A DNA stretch of 62,031 nt, filler included, from Choristocarpus tenellus KU-1152 (GCA_964200185.2; 10 parts of 10 records of this genome joined end to end with filler, not necessarily neighbours in it), one strand, 5' to 3'. Positions 24,600 through 38,518 are shown, counted from the first letter of the whole stretch. Numbers and translations: made by a program. The notes: generated from the letters alone by a model not told the origin.

Positions 24600-27500
24600 C
24601 ATTTTGATATATGTGTCTATTTTGTTCGTTTTCTTCAAACAGACTAGAACCATCATATATTTGTGAATTATACGTTTTTTAAAGGATAATTCTGAGTAGA
24701 GTTTACATTCACCAAACATTTAATCCTGTTGAATAGTTCATTTTACCACAATTGTTGAGTTATCGTCAATAATGTATTTTTCAACTGAAACCTTGTTTTG
24801 TTTATATGTGCATTTTTCAAGAGGACGCAGTCCAGAAAGTACATGATTTTGTAATTTGATGTACTTCATACAACATGGAATTGGGATTCTAGGCTGTCAA
24901 TTGCTGCCTTCCTTCAAAGATCGTTTACCACAATTGCCTAACCATACCTTGAACGTATACTTCACGAGACTTGGGCCATGTACTCTTGAAATGCCTTGTG
25001 TTTTGAGATACATCGACAGTTCTCCTTTTCGCCTCACGGTGACCCAGAATGATGACGCCACGAAAGGGAATTTAGGACGTACTTGGGGCTCACTTTTGTA
25101 TCCACCTTTAGATAATCTCATTTCTTCTGGCACTGATCAAGCCACACTTCCTTAGCGTTTATAGTGATTTCAGTAGTTACATGAGTGAGTGCCTTTGCTT
25201 CACGCTTGTATCCTCCCCTTTTCTTGTTAACAACAGTTTGGGCACTAAATGCATTGGCAGGTATACTACAAGCAAAGAAAAGGATATTTGTGACTATCGC
25301 TGCAGACATCAACCTATGACATTCCCTATTTTAAAGTTACTGTTAGACATTTTCGACTGTATTATTTGTTGAGACATTATCTTGGTGTTCTGTAGTTGTT
25401 TATGTTCATATTTCTGAAGGGGGGGAGTCTATGGCAATATCGTAATTCAGTGTTTTTGTTATTTTGGGTTTGTAGTCGTTTGTGTTGATAGTTGTGGGAG
25501 AGTCTTGCTATGACACTCCCCATCTTTATGTTGTATTGTGAGACATTGTCTCTATTATTTGTATATGTTCATAGGTTCTAGGGAGGGTAAGCCTTCCCAT
25601 TCCAGCACCCTATTTCTCTATGACTGCGAGAAATTCTCTTCTTGTGTGTGTTTCTCTGTGTTCTATGGTTTTGAAAGGGAGAGAGACCTTTTAGGATAGT
25701 ACCCTATTTTGACACGAGTGTGAGACTCTGGTGTAGGCGGTTTTCTCTTGAACGTTGAGTCAAATGAAGGGTGAGTGCCGTGAGGTGCAAGTGTCATGCT
25801 AGCATATCTTTTGTCAGGGCAAACGTTGGAAAGGGTTTTTTTCTCAGAGTTTCTTCCTCTGCTGAATCCCCCCGACGCTGCCTACTGACATGTTAGGACC
25901 TGCAAGTGACATCCATCTCATTTCTGTTATATTCATGGTAGGACAAGGAATGACTTATATTTCCTTGTCCAATTGTCTGTTGTTCACATTGAAGCAGTTA
26001 TGCTTTATGCTGGGGGGCATATTACGTGCGATATGTCTTGATGGTGGTTTAATAAACGCCACTGTGACCTTGAAGTCCTAGATTTTACATATTTTGTATA
26101 TCTTGACTATTTATTTACTAATTTGTCGTTATGATGCTCCATTGAGGTGGTACATCATTGTTCAGTCTCATTTTGATAACGATATGACACCCATAAAGAG
26201 AACAATCCAAGTAAGAGGTTAAGCATATTTGACGGATATTTACATTATAAAGCCTTGCACAGGCTTCACAGGCTACATAACAGACATCCCATCGTGTTAA
26301 GCTTGTGGAGCGATTTGTAACTTGGAAATCGCTCGTGGAGTGTGTTGTAACAGGTCATGGCCTGTGATGTAACTATTAGGTCAAAGTTGCATGCAGAACC
26401 CATAGGTACCTATAATTACCAGAGTGTACTCTTAGATCGATCATCATTCTGTGCTCAGGACACCTTCCAACAAAGACAAGTCCACTATTGTTTCAAGTCA
26501 GTCAGTATCTCTTTTCTGGCGTCACTCTAATTGGTGCTCGCGAAATATTTCAATGGTTTAATTTGTTTTAGGATGCCCATTGGAATAAGTACGATTAAAT
26601 CCCATGCTGGTAATGATAGTGCAATAGTGAGTGATTTATGATGCCCCACAACATATAGATAGAAATTCGTTATGAAACGGTATTTCTCTTGTTTTCAATT
26701 AAGTACCTAACACACTATGGTACTTGGAGCACATCAAAGGCGGTCCGTGCTCTCACTCTACTCTGTTCTTCTATGCTCCATGCCTTCATACAAAGATGCT
26801 CCAACTTCTCCTCTCAAAAATATTATTTGATCTCATGCCTTGGACAACCCCTAAACATTTCTGTCTTTCTCATCATTCAGAACACGCATTTGAGCTACTG
26901 CTCGACGGTTTTAGGGGGGTTAGTAAAAAGCAGTGATACTATGTAACCAAATTATTTAGCAATCAAATACTCTTCGGTGGTTGGTACGGATCTTGTTTTT
27001 GATGATGTAGAGATGTTATTAGTAATAATCACAAAGTGAGGGAATACATGGCGAACATTATGAGATATGTATCCTAAACGTCCGTGACCACCAATGATGG
27101 TATATTGGTGTCATTCAACACGTGGTTGGGTGAGCATAGTAGTACAACATCACAGACAACGGGGAGAATCAGACTGCTGATGTGCTACACTCTCGATAGA
27201 GATGGATACACCTTTCACTACACGAACTTTGATGAATCCGACTGGTTAGGGGAGGTGTTTTTTCCAATCCCCAACCACCAACTACAAGTAACTCTGAGCC
27301 AAAGTAAACTAGATGTACACAGATTTTGGACGATTTCGATTGTAATTCTGTTTTTCAATCTTTTGCAATTCACCCATATATCTATGTGGATGAAGTTGTA
27401 AGTTTGACTTGAAACCGTTAATTTCTCGATTGTTTGAAACCTTTCCAACACATTTGTACAAAGTCGAATTTTGCACATAATTGTCAGCATCCTTAAAATG
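24600..27500. mobile_element. Highly decayed Ty1/copia relics in both orientations
   Basis: Minus: RT-like TVDVSQ...SREVYVQ and YIIDD (25100-24750); integrase-like SWSIFV*RHGA (~26800). Plus: YDAPLRWY (~26130) and RNaseH-like IKSHAGNDSAIV (~26600). Weak motif-level matches only. Confidence 0.45.
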
Positions 27501-28325
27501 AAGGTTTGGTTATATCTCACTGGCATACTTTGACTCTCTACTCCTCCATAAACTACTACTACCATGGCGCGCACACTGAATTTCAATAATGATACTAAAA
27601 CAATGAATATATGAAGAGACCAGACGCAAACCACATCCAGATTAAAGGAGAGAGGAGGACATACTACACACACAACAATAGGACTACCTGAGAACCATCA
27701 ACCATCCACAACATTATTGGAGAATATCCAGAACATTTTGTGTGTGGAATTTAGAATATTCCAACACTTTAACCAAAGGAAAGTGGAACCTTCAATTATC
27801 TCTACATTTATAATACGGGTTATGAATATGGTCTTATGGTAATTCTTACTATTACATGGTACATTCTTTGTTGACAACAAGACTATGACGCCTATCCACC
27901 CTATCACCACCCCACCATTTCTGTATAATTCCCTAACCTATTCCCTTGTGTCCAATCATGCCAACATCATTCATTTATACATAAAATTTGTTTGATCATT
28001 CATCAAGCAGAAAATACCATTTTTTATGATCAAGAGCAATCAAGTAGGTATCAAAAGACATCTTCTACAGTACTGATTGTGTTTCTGTTCTAGAAGATCG
28101 GCCTAATGGTACGTGTACAAGTACACCGTCGTGCTTCGTTTGTTTATCACTGATTGATTAATACATCATCCGATGATCCTCCGACATTTCTTATAGATAG
28201 ATGTGATACACATTATTGTACCATACACTACATGGAATATTTCAAGATAGTGTATGATACATCAATCCACAATTCATGTTGTTGATATCATTCAAAGTGG
28301 AGATCAATCCAGACATGTGTATGTG

Positions 28326-28391
28326 TGTATGTATGTATGTATGTATGTATGTATGTATGTATGTATGTATGTATGTATGTATGTATGTATG
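28326..28391. repeat. (ATGT)n microsatellite at a contig end
   Basis: Direct observation. Confidence 0.95.
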
Positions 28392-29118
28392 NNNNNNNNN
28401 NNNNNNNNNNNNNNNNNNNNNNNNNNNNNNNNNNNTTAATTAATTAANNNNNNNNNNNNNNNNNNNNNNNNNNNNNNNNNNNNNNNNNNNNGTGGTGGGG
28501 GGGGGTGGGGGCGGGGGGTGGGGGGGCGGTAGTGTGGGGCGGGTTTTGGCCGTTGAGTTTTGAAGAACCCCTCTGACTTTCTGAGGGGCACATGGCAGCG
28601 GTGGAGCACACTAAGTCCAGAGGTGTAGATTTCATTTTGGCCGCCGTGGTGGGTACCTTCAGTTTGCAGAAGCAATCCTATCCTTACTTGCGCCCTTTCT
28701 CAGACGCCTTCCATCACCTTCACTCTTGAAAAACGAAAGCGAAATTTAAAAAAAATCCCCCCAAAAACTCGTAACGGCCAAAGAACACACAGGCATACAG
28801 GTATACAGGCACACACACACACACACAAACGACTATCTCGGTTACTTCTGCCCTCACACACCCGTGTAAGGGGAGGTACAAATCCCTCTCGGAGACTACT
28901 GCAGCACTCACTACTACCATAACACAGAAGAGAAGCAAAAAAAAAAAAACTCCACTGAAACCACCACGCCTTGAACAACACAAACACACACACACTAAAC
29001 CACCACACCTTGATCAACCCTAACCCTAACCACACAAGACACATGTGCACCACGAGAACCTAACATATATAAATAAATATATATATATATATATATATAT
29101 ATTTATTTTTTGACCTAC

Positions 29119-32100
29119 CTGCGTCTTGGGGGGGCACACGACCGATTGATATGTCGGTTCAGTGAGGTCCATCTTGATCGGGCCAATGGCAGACGCCTCC
29201 TCTGGAAACGAGGCAGTTGACGATGCCGCCGCGATGGCCGCCGCCGCCGCGGTTGCAACTCCTGCCCGAATATCCCCAACAGCCATTAGGTATCATTGTA
29301 ATAGTATCGTAATAGTACCGTAACAGGCACAGGAGGGAGGGAGGGGCGGTCCCGCAGCCGCGGGATTAAAAAATAAAATAAAATCAGATACTGATTGTGT
29401 GTAGTACCCTGTACAGGGCAAATTATGTCATACACACACACAACGTATGTATTTATAAATGCCTATTGTTACTCTTGTTTATAGCCTTCTTAATTTTCTC
29501 TTTGATGTAATCTGATCCAATGTGAAGCGATACGATGAATTTCCTTTCATTTTCTAAAATTAAATAAATGTTATGTATGTATGTATGTATATATATACAT
29601 AGATATGTATCGTAAGTTAGGGTTAGGGTTAGAATGACAAATGTACTGCTACAACCACCGTGTTAAAAAAACAACTCAAACGTCGGTATACAAAGGGTCT
29701 CTATTATACTGTAGGCGGTGGTGAGACGTCATGAAGTCACACCGCTCCCCTGGGGGCTACAACACTATTCAAGGGAAAAAAGAAAAAGAAAAAATCGGAA
29801 CTCGATCTTCTGGGGGTTTGGTAGACAGCCTCTCCAATAAGAACAAGTCTCTATTGAATCGTTCTTGTTTTTTTTATACCTATGGGTAAGGCAGCGGTTT
29901 TCAGAAGAAAAAAAAAGTGAGGTTGAAAAAAAAAGAGAAGAGAATCCTCCACGAGCAAGAGCAAGACACAGGTCATCCATCCGGTGTGTAAGGCTTGTCA
30001 ATTCCTCAGTAGAGCTCATCTTGTGTTTTAGAGATATTTTACCCTCTTCATCACCCCCTTCCCCCTCCAATAATTGTACATACACTATTGCTGTTTAAAA
30101 AATAAAAAGAAGAGTGCAGCGAGAATAAATATCAGAAAAAAAAATGTGAAAAAAAATCACATTACTTTTTGACCGCGGACAAAGAAAAAAAAACGCCTAC
30201 CAATGTTTGTAAGCGTTTTTACATACTTCGGGGTACTGATCGCACTTACACAACGCTTTGAAACGGTTCAAGAAGGAAGGCGTGTCTTCACTACAGCACT
30301 GCATGCACTGTCGCAAACAAACACCCCCCCCCCCCCCCCCCCCCCCCCCACACCCCCTCCAACAAAAAAGTAAACTCTCACCTAAGCCAGTGCGATCTGC
30401 TCTTGAGGCATCACCAAATGCACAGGGAGAGAGCAGCGGCGGCTATCCCAAAAAAAAATCCCCCCCCCCAAAAAAACAGTACTATTACTATGTGGTCACA
30501 ACTGCAGTAAACTCTGGAGCTTCTGAGAGAGCACGGTCACTTGCCCCCCAAAAACAATTTGAGATGCATGCATCACACAGTATGTACACAAGACCTCCAC
30601 TCCTTACACAGCTATACCTACCCTAACCCTAACCCTAACCAAATTTTCGTGTTCTGCGCATTAATTAGTGTACGATCTTTGAAAAACTGTGGCTAAGAGG
30701 GCGTGAGTTGGAGGAGGTGAAGAGAGGGAGGGATGCGCACACACCTTGGAAGGCGTATACGGAACGTTGCAAACTATGTTGTGCCCATCACAATCGAGAT
30801 GAGAATGTACGTAACATAGGTTACTTTACTGTAACAGTCAGGTCTAGAATATACACGATATACTAATGCGTATCAGGTATTGTAACAGTCAAGTCCAAAC
30901 ATACGTACCTGAACAACGCTTGATACGTCTGCAGCATTTAGTGAAGTATTGACGTGGAGTTTATGGAAGTATTTTCTTTGAGGTATTGGGAATGTGACAT
31001 ACACAATCTATGTACATACACATACACATGAACATATGTATGTATCGTGTTATCAGAAATTTTTTGATAGTGGACACAGTAGCCGCTGTTGGTCGATTGC
31101 AATCAAGAGCCCTGTGTGACGAATGCCTCAGAGCATGACACAAACGGCCTTGGTTGGAGATTCAACACAAAAGTATTTGGAAAACTTCTTTTTTTTCTAA
31201 TTCTAATTCTAATTAAATGTTCTAAGTTCGGTACATTGCCACTACCAGCACATAAGAAATATTGAATTTTCAAATGCTCGTGTTAGCCATACCAAGGTCT
31301 CAAGGGCATCCGGCATGGATGCCCTTGCATCGAGTGGCTGGTGCCATTGGCAGGTCGTTACCTACAAAATCAACTAGTCATCGGAACAGGAATGCCTTCA
31401 AGGTGATTTGCTAGAACTACTGTTTTGTGGGCTTAAATATATATATATATATATATATATATTGTAACTTAGTGTGCAGATGCTATCATGCGGGAGAAGG
31501 ATGCAACACATAAGAGAATGCAATAATAATAAAAAAGTTTCTTGCAACAAACGCCTCCGTGTATAACAGTTGTTCCAGAACAAAAACAACAAATGATCAA
31601 ATATGAAACAATCTACTACATTACAGTCCCTCTCCTGAGATAGAATCAGGAGTGTACTACACAGCAATGCACTTTCATCCGCAGCATCTAACATCAAGAG
31701 GGTCTACACCTGGACCAACACCTGCCCCATGTTTGGTAAAAAAGATTTTTCAGATGTGACACACTCACACACACACAAAATACACATTTCTATGGCAAGA
31801 CCATGAATGTGGGAATATTCAGTTTCACATGTTACAGTTGCAGATATTGCGTCACATAGATAACAACATGTACCGCTACACTGATTCCAGGGCATACAAA
31901 CTTGCTCAAAGTGCTGTAAACAAATCTATCGCTTCCATGGCCTATACACACACCATGACAAGGAGATGGTCTAGAAAATAGGCTGCAAAAGAGAAACTGA
32001 ACATGCGATTTTGGAGAGGACGCCATAACCCAACAAAGACGAGAGCATTCCGCTGTGTATGAACATCTACTTCGAAGTATTCAACGCACCCCTAAATAGT

Positions 32101-33182
32101 CTGAATGGCACTGCAACTTCGGTTACAATTTCGGTTACCCAAGTTCGTTCTGGTGAGGACAAAACATATTGCCCATTCCTTTGTTCATATGTGTCCGTGT
32201 GTGTTAGCACATTTGGTACTCCCAGACGCAATGCTCAGGCACTGCACTTGACTTACACAAAATTATAAATTTTAGATGCTTGGCGAGTGATGAGGGGCAC
32301 ACTAGATTCACCATAGCTCTAGGCTAACAAGCTTAGCCCTTGGCTGAGGCCCAACTTGGTACGGCACGTAAATACGCAAGCAAGACCGGACACCCTCGCA
32401 AGCATATCGCAAGCAATCATTCACAAGAGAAAATATGACTAAACCTCTACTCTTGAATCATTGAGCTGAGATCATCGAAACGGCTCATATTCTCCTACAC
32501 TCGATGACACTAGAATCCAATCCAACACCTCCAGAATACAGTGCTCCCATGTCTCCACACCCAAACCAGTCCATAGGGAAGATATAGGATAGAGTGAAAA
32601 CGAATGACAAATGGGAGACGTGTCTACTACAGGGAACGTACAAGCAGCTTCTTGGGTAGATTTAACCTCTTAAACCACTAGCGATCTTTGATCCGATTTG
32701 TAAATAGATGACACGGGAAGGTACGATTGTGCAACTCAGCAGTCATCGTATAATTGACTTCTTCATCCTTTGACCTACAGGTGGGCCGTACCACATGTCA
32801 CCGATGTGCGGTTATTGCCCAGAGCTACCCAACTACGAAGTATCACCTTCAAAAAGGCATAATATTAAACAAAAGATGCATACAAAGTGGGGACAAGACT
32901 GCATTGATACAGGTTGAAAAAAGGCACACAAATCTAATCGATGTGATTGCAATGATTTTTCAGAGTGTTCTCACCAGCGATAGCACCTCGTCGAGTCACC
33001 GGCTCCCCATCTCCAGAAGTTGCAGACATGGACACACTGTTGCACGACTTTCGTGTCTCTCCCTTGCACATCTTCTCAACTCTCAGACTCCGCACCTTCG
33101 CCACACCCACACGAACAGCGGGAGCGAGGTTGAATGCTGTTGCAATGGACGCCCCACATATTAGTAGTCCGAGGGAGCGCAT
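29119..33182 (-). CDS. Plastid thylakoid-lumen-targeted protein, N-terminal part; exons 33182-32975 and (inferred join) 29261-29119
   Basis: Exon 1: MRSLGLLICGASIATA|FNLAPAVR...SVSMSATSGDGEPVTRRGAIAG (signal peptide with an ASAF-type site, transit peptide, twin-Arg), donor GTGAGA phase 1. Exon 2, phase 1: VATAAAAAIAAASSTASFPEEASA|IGPIKMDLTEPTYQSVVCPPKTQ (hydrophobic core plus AxA). Confidence 0.6.
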
Positions 33183-33502
33183 GATGTAGGTGAGTTCCTC
33201 GGTCACAATTGAACTGAGTACGACTTACTGTGGTTGAAAGTTGACATATATGACATATTCTTGAAAAAAAAATGTATTTCCGATGCTTTAAATGTTGTTA
33301 TGATACGTATCGGTATATTCCGATGGATTTGTTGGGTAATAAAATAATGCTGTCAAATCTATCCTGGAACCTGGTCCTCCCTACCACTGCAATTGGTGGG
33401 GTCTAGCGCAATGTAGAGGGACTGTGGGTACCATCTTGGGTCTGGTACAGTTGTATTGCCCTGCCTGGCTCAGGGGCAAGTGGAAGGAAGAATCAGAATA
33501 GA
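33183..33502. promoter_or_regulatory. Putative 320-bp bidirectional promoter/5'UTR region
   Basis: Lies between the divergent ATGs at 33182 (-) and 33503 (+) on one contig; no specific motif identified. Confidence 0.35.
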
Positions 33503-35689
33503 ATGGTGCATCTTGCCAAGAGTACACGGTCTCTTACCACCGCACCTCGAAGAGCAGGGTTGGCGTACCTTGAACGATGGGCGGGGGTTCGAAAAGGAAA
33601 TGGAGGTATAATAGCGTAATGGGTCGAACTAGCAGAAAATTTTACTGCTTCTGGTGGGTGTGGATATGGTGAAAATGCTTTGCCACCTCCATGATACTCA
33701 ACTCTTTAGGGAATTCATTAACCTTACCGTTCTCCACTTCTCACTCTTCTCGGTGTCGCATATCGCTTCATTGTCGCTACCAGGACACGGAGAAGTATCT
33801 AATTCTTCCACCCCCGAAGGAACTGCCACTTCTGTTCCCCCTGTGAAAGTCTACGGCCGTTCGTATCTGTTACCAACCCTGCGAATGCCCCCGTTGTCGT
33901 CGGGTACCGCTGGAGTCGGATGGGGAGAGAATGATGAAGGCGGAAAATGCCTCTCGGGTGGGGTGGTGAGTAAGGTGGAGGAGAGGAGGGCATATGCTAC
34001 GGTCCGTGAAAGTCTGATCGCTAAACGAGAGGGATTGTCTCCGATCTTCTCGACTGGGTCACCTGTTGTCCTCGACCTTGCTGCAGTCTCGCAGGTCAGT
34101 GACCCCTGACCTTGAGGTATTTCCGTACACACCCATAACATTACCCTTCCTATGTTTCCTCGATATCCTCCCTTGCGGTGATGTCGCTGGGATGTGATGG
34201 CAGTCAAAGCACATCTACCCGTATCCTTACATTGACACATTATACTGTTAACTCTACTTTTGCTTGTCCGTTTGTACAACCTCCCATAGGATGGTTCTCC
34301 TCACAGCCGCCCAGCAAGCAAAGAATGGATGGTGGGAGCGATAAAGGCTGTCAGAGATGCAGGCTTCCTACCTGTGGGGATTACCAACGCCAGCGGGGAT
34401 GTATTACGCTTGGCACTAGAGCAGGGCCTGCCGGAGGCAAGTGCTATTAGATGTGGATCCATAGGTTTAAGTATGGTTGGCTGTGCAGAGGAATATAGGT
34501 TGTGGAGTGGAGCTGAATTGGTTTTGTGCGAGCTAGCCACCCCTTTCTCTTGTCGGTAAGTGGCATTTTGTGACACAAGCAAGGGGGTCCTATGCAGACA
34601 AGGTGTGCAGAGATGGTATCGACATCCCAGCTCCAGATCATCGCTCTGGCCTGGATTCTCTCATCCTTGTTAGGGCTCTAACACTACGATGAGTCAATCG
34701 ACATTTTTTGTTCTTATTTGCTATTGAGTTGCTCTGTGATGACTTCAACTTGGTACCAAATGCCATTGAATATCATGAAAACCACCAACTCCTGGACTTC
34801 CTTATTTTAACCCATGAAGCACAGCATTCAATATTCTTCTACATCAACATATTCACTTGGCGCTGCTTCTCGGAATGAGACTCAGTCCTATTCCAGCAAC
34901 CAAGGCAATGCCCTCCTGCTGTAGGCAGTCCCTCCTCACATACTTCCCCCCCTCTCCCCACCCTACACCCAAACTCCTAACTTCTTTGACAATCAAATTT
35001 TGGGGCACAGGTAATGGCATCCCAAGCTGGATTGAAGACGTCCATATCGGTGGGTGCTGCCCTCCCAAACTCTGCCTCTGTTCCCCGTTCCCCCACGGTT
35101 CCTTCGTGAACAGTATCATTGGTGATATCTTTGCAGTGAAATTTTGAGGGCGTTTTGAGTCCAGCTTTCAGCAATAAAGTAGAAACTAGATGAGGGGATG
35201 TGGAAGTTTGCAGGGTCAAAAAGACAGGTTGGCTCAATTCGATTGCGGTGTAGATATAGGCCGTTTTTGTTCCTAGTGGTTGCATGAGTTGTTCTTTCTT
35301 GTTAGAAATATCTATGTGGCTGTACTCCTTGTTTTTTTGGCGAACCTCTCTCCCCTCTCCCTGTGGAAGAACAGAGGCTTAGTCCACAACAACAACCGGT
35401 GCAAGAAGATGAGCCCCAGGCTAAACTACGAAAACATGATGGCAGAGGTGAGTCCCTGGGAGAGGGACAAGCACAGGGACTCGAGTTGGAGTTGGAGTTG
35501 GAGCAAAATAGGCCGGTGCAGGAGGGGACAGGGCCAGCACAAGACCCAGTAAGTGTTGGGGAGGTGCTTCCACTGCCAGAGCGTGAAGGGATGCACAATG
35601 AGAACCTGATGAGGGTGAGTAAGGAGTGTCTGGATGGGAGGGGGGAGGATTCTGCTGGCAGGGTGATGGTGGGGGCAGGAGGGGGCAGC
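33503..35689 (+). CDS. minC: Nuclear-encoded MinC (septum site-determining protein), probably mitochondrial, 3' truncated; exons 33503-33605, 33784-34094, 34290-34436, 35375->35689
   Basis: PVKVYGRSYLLPTLRM...SLIAKREGLSPIFSTGSPVVLDLAAV...MVGAIKAVRDAGFLPVGIT...ALEQGLP parallels the proteobacterial MinC N-domain (PIELKGSSFTLSVVHL...APVVLNVSAL...AVSATGLRVIGVSG...GLP). Basic N-terminal presequence MVHLAKSTRSLTTAPRRAG; exon 3 ends at a GCAAGT donor. First and last exons are less certain. Confidence 0.75.
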
Positions 35690-36415
35690 NNNNNNNNNNN
35701 NNNNNNNNNNNNNNNNNNNNNNNNNNNNNNNNNTTAATTAATTAANNNNNNNNNNNNNNNNNNNNNNNNNNNNNNNNNNNNNNNNNNNNGGGGGGGGGGG
35801 GCTTCCATTACGCACAACAAAAGGGGTCCACAACATGAAGTTAGTCAAGTGTGTGTGAATGTCTCTAGGTATGAGTTTGACGCTTTTTTTTTTTAATATA
35901 TATATATATATATATATATTTTTTGTTAATTATAAATTTAATTTCAAGCAATGAGACGATTTTGACATATATGTGTATGTATACAAATTTACAATACATG
36001 CTGGGTTTATGTATCCTGGGTCATTGAAGTGGAGGAGAGGAAGGGCTCCCGTAACAACTTTAAAATACAACCACTGACCCCTTAGGTTAAGTCATCATCG
36101 GAAGTGTGTGATTAATACCTGCAGAGCACAAGCTAATCGCACACCAGATTTTTTTATGTTTTTTTGTTTTTCAATTTTTAAAAAATATTGTTCTGTTGGA
36201 CCGAATGAATGATAGGTTCATTCCCTACAGGTGTATCAATTACATTTGACAATTGCATCGCTGAGACAGTTAATTATTTTTTATGTTTTACAATAAGGTG
36301 TATATTCTGGCGGATAGTGGCTTTCTTTCTCAACATAGTGAGGGTACACTCTGCACAAGAGAACAAAAAAAATGTTACCTAAAACAGATACATATCTTTT
36401 TTTGTCTCTTGACAG

Positions 36416-36534
36416 GCCATCCTTCCTCTTCGGGGAAAGATCTTGAATATTGAGAAGTGCGCCCCTGAGAAGATTTACCAAAACAATGAGCTGCAGGCGT
36501 TAATATCTGCTCTTGGACTTGGGATAAAGGTGAG

Positions 36535-36570
<36 letters not shown>

Positions 36571-37558
36571 CTACAGAGTATTTATTGGCAGTGTGTGTAA
36601 TTAAAAAAGAAACTGTTAGGGCTCTTCTTTAGAAAAAAATTTATGTAGTATATGGTATTAGCAGTGTGTTACATTTTTTTTTTACTCAGGGCTGTTCTTA
36701 ATTTTACAATGTATCTATATATATGTGTGTGTGTGTTTCGAAAATTACTGAAGTAAATATATGCCTTGGGTTTTGATTTTCCCAGTATATATATATATAT
36801 ATATATATTAATAAATGGTCGTTCATGTGAAATGTATTGGAACAATTGGAAATTTTTGGGGAGGGGGTTGTGTGAAAATTGTTGGTGTTGGGTAAGGGCA
36901 TCATTCACTGTTTATACAAGGCCTACAACATAGTTATTTAGTATGTACATAGTGTGCATGTCCCACCTGAAGTATTTTTGCAATGAATGTTTTGTGTGGA
37001 GTTTTGTATGTGCACGAAGTCTGTAGGAGGGAAGAGAGCGGTCCAACCCTAACCCTAACCCTAACTATTTTATAACTGCAATCCTTCATGTAGCCCGTTC
37101 CCTTGAGATGAGGGTTCTTTCGTTTACTTTTATTTTAAAAAATGTTTTTTATTTCTCCCCTAGCTAATCTGGGTTATCTGTTTCCTTCCCTGACAGTATA
37201 GTTTATTTATTTTTTTCATTCTTACGTATACTTGACTGTGTTTTCCAGTCAAAGTGAATGAAATGTAGTACCTCCTTTTATAACAGAATATTTTTCTTCT
37301 TTGAAGTGTTTTTTTTAATTTAAATATACATGAGAGTGCGTTTAGTCAAAGTAAACGAAATGTAGTATTTCCTTCTTTTTAAAAAAATATTTTTATTTTT
37401 ATTTTTTATTTTTTTTATTGTTGAAAATTGATGACAAGCAGGGTAACGAGTTCGACATTTCTACCCTGAGGTACCATCGAATTGTGATCATGACAGATGC
37501 AGACGTTGACGGGGCACACATCCGGATCCTTCTTCTCACCTTCTTTTTCCGATATCAG
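36416..37558 (+). CDS. gyrB: DNA gyrase subunit B (organelle-targeted), two internal TOPRIM exons 36416-36529 and 37442-37558
   Basis: [38 protein letters not shown]|[39 protein letters not shown]; GT-AG boundaries, phase 0. Confidence 0.95.
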
Positions 37559-38485
37559 GTAAGAGAGTGAGTACGAAAAACAAGAAGAAAATAAAAAAAG
37601 GTGGAAATAGAATTTTTTTAAGATACAGATCCAGAGAACAAAAAAAAACATAAATATATATATATATATATATATGCGTTCGAACTCTCGCTCTCCATTG
37701 TAACGAGATTTTCAAAACACTCATCAGATTCAAGATTCAAGATTCGATAGGTAGGAACGAAGTCTATAAAAGTTCCTCTGCTCAAGCGTAATAACGTGCT
37801 GCTGTTATTCGAAGGCGTTGAGGTTGACGAGTTATGTAAGTTGGGTTGACACGTTTCGATGTGCTTGATAAAATTAAAAATATAAAATGAAAATAAAAAC
37901 GAAAAGTGTGCGTGCCGTCCAGGAATGGAGGCAAGTGAGTGCCGATCACTGGAGGTCAGTGGGCAAGTGCGCATCTAACATTCACGCAAGAAGTAACCGA
38001 TATTATTTCGTGCCTCAATTTTCGTTTTTGATTTGATCATACGATATGGTCGAATAGCCGTGTGATTCGATTGCTACAGTTCTCAGCACAGAGTGTAGTG
38101 TAGTAGAATGGAGTTTGGCCTCGCTTACAGTGTGTGAGGGCCTCCGTTCTATTGTTTTTCAGGCTGGTGCTGGATGGACTGCACCTCTTGCTATATTTTT
38201 TTTGTTTATTTTTTTGTGTACACTGTTTTTTATTTCTTAGATGCTTCGAAGTAGGAAGCAAGAGTTTTTTTGTTTTGTTTTGGGCGGGGGGTGGGGGGGG
38301 TAGGGCTTGTTCNNNNNNNNNNNNNNNNNNNNNNNNNNNNNNNNNNNNNNNNNNNNTTAATTAATTAANNNNNNNNNNNNNNNNNNNNNNNNNNNNNNNN
38401 NNNNNNNNNNNNAAAAGAAAAGGAAAAGGAAAAAAAAAAAAAAAAAATATGTGGGCGAGAAAAGAAGGGGGGGGGGGGGTTTTTT

Positions 38486-38518
<33 letters not shown>

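Noticed and set aside
33347-33653. Stop-codon readthrough or recoding in a longer minC exon 1 (in-frame TAG and TAA before an alternative donor)
   Set aside because: A phase-correct GT donor at 33606 avoids the stop, and other genes here use the standard code.
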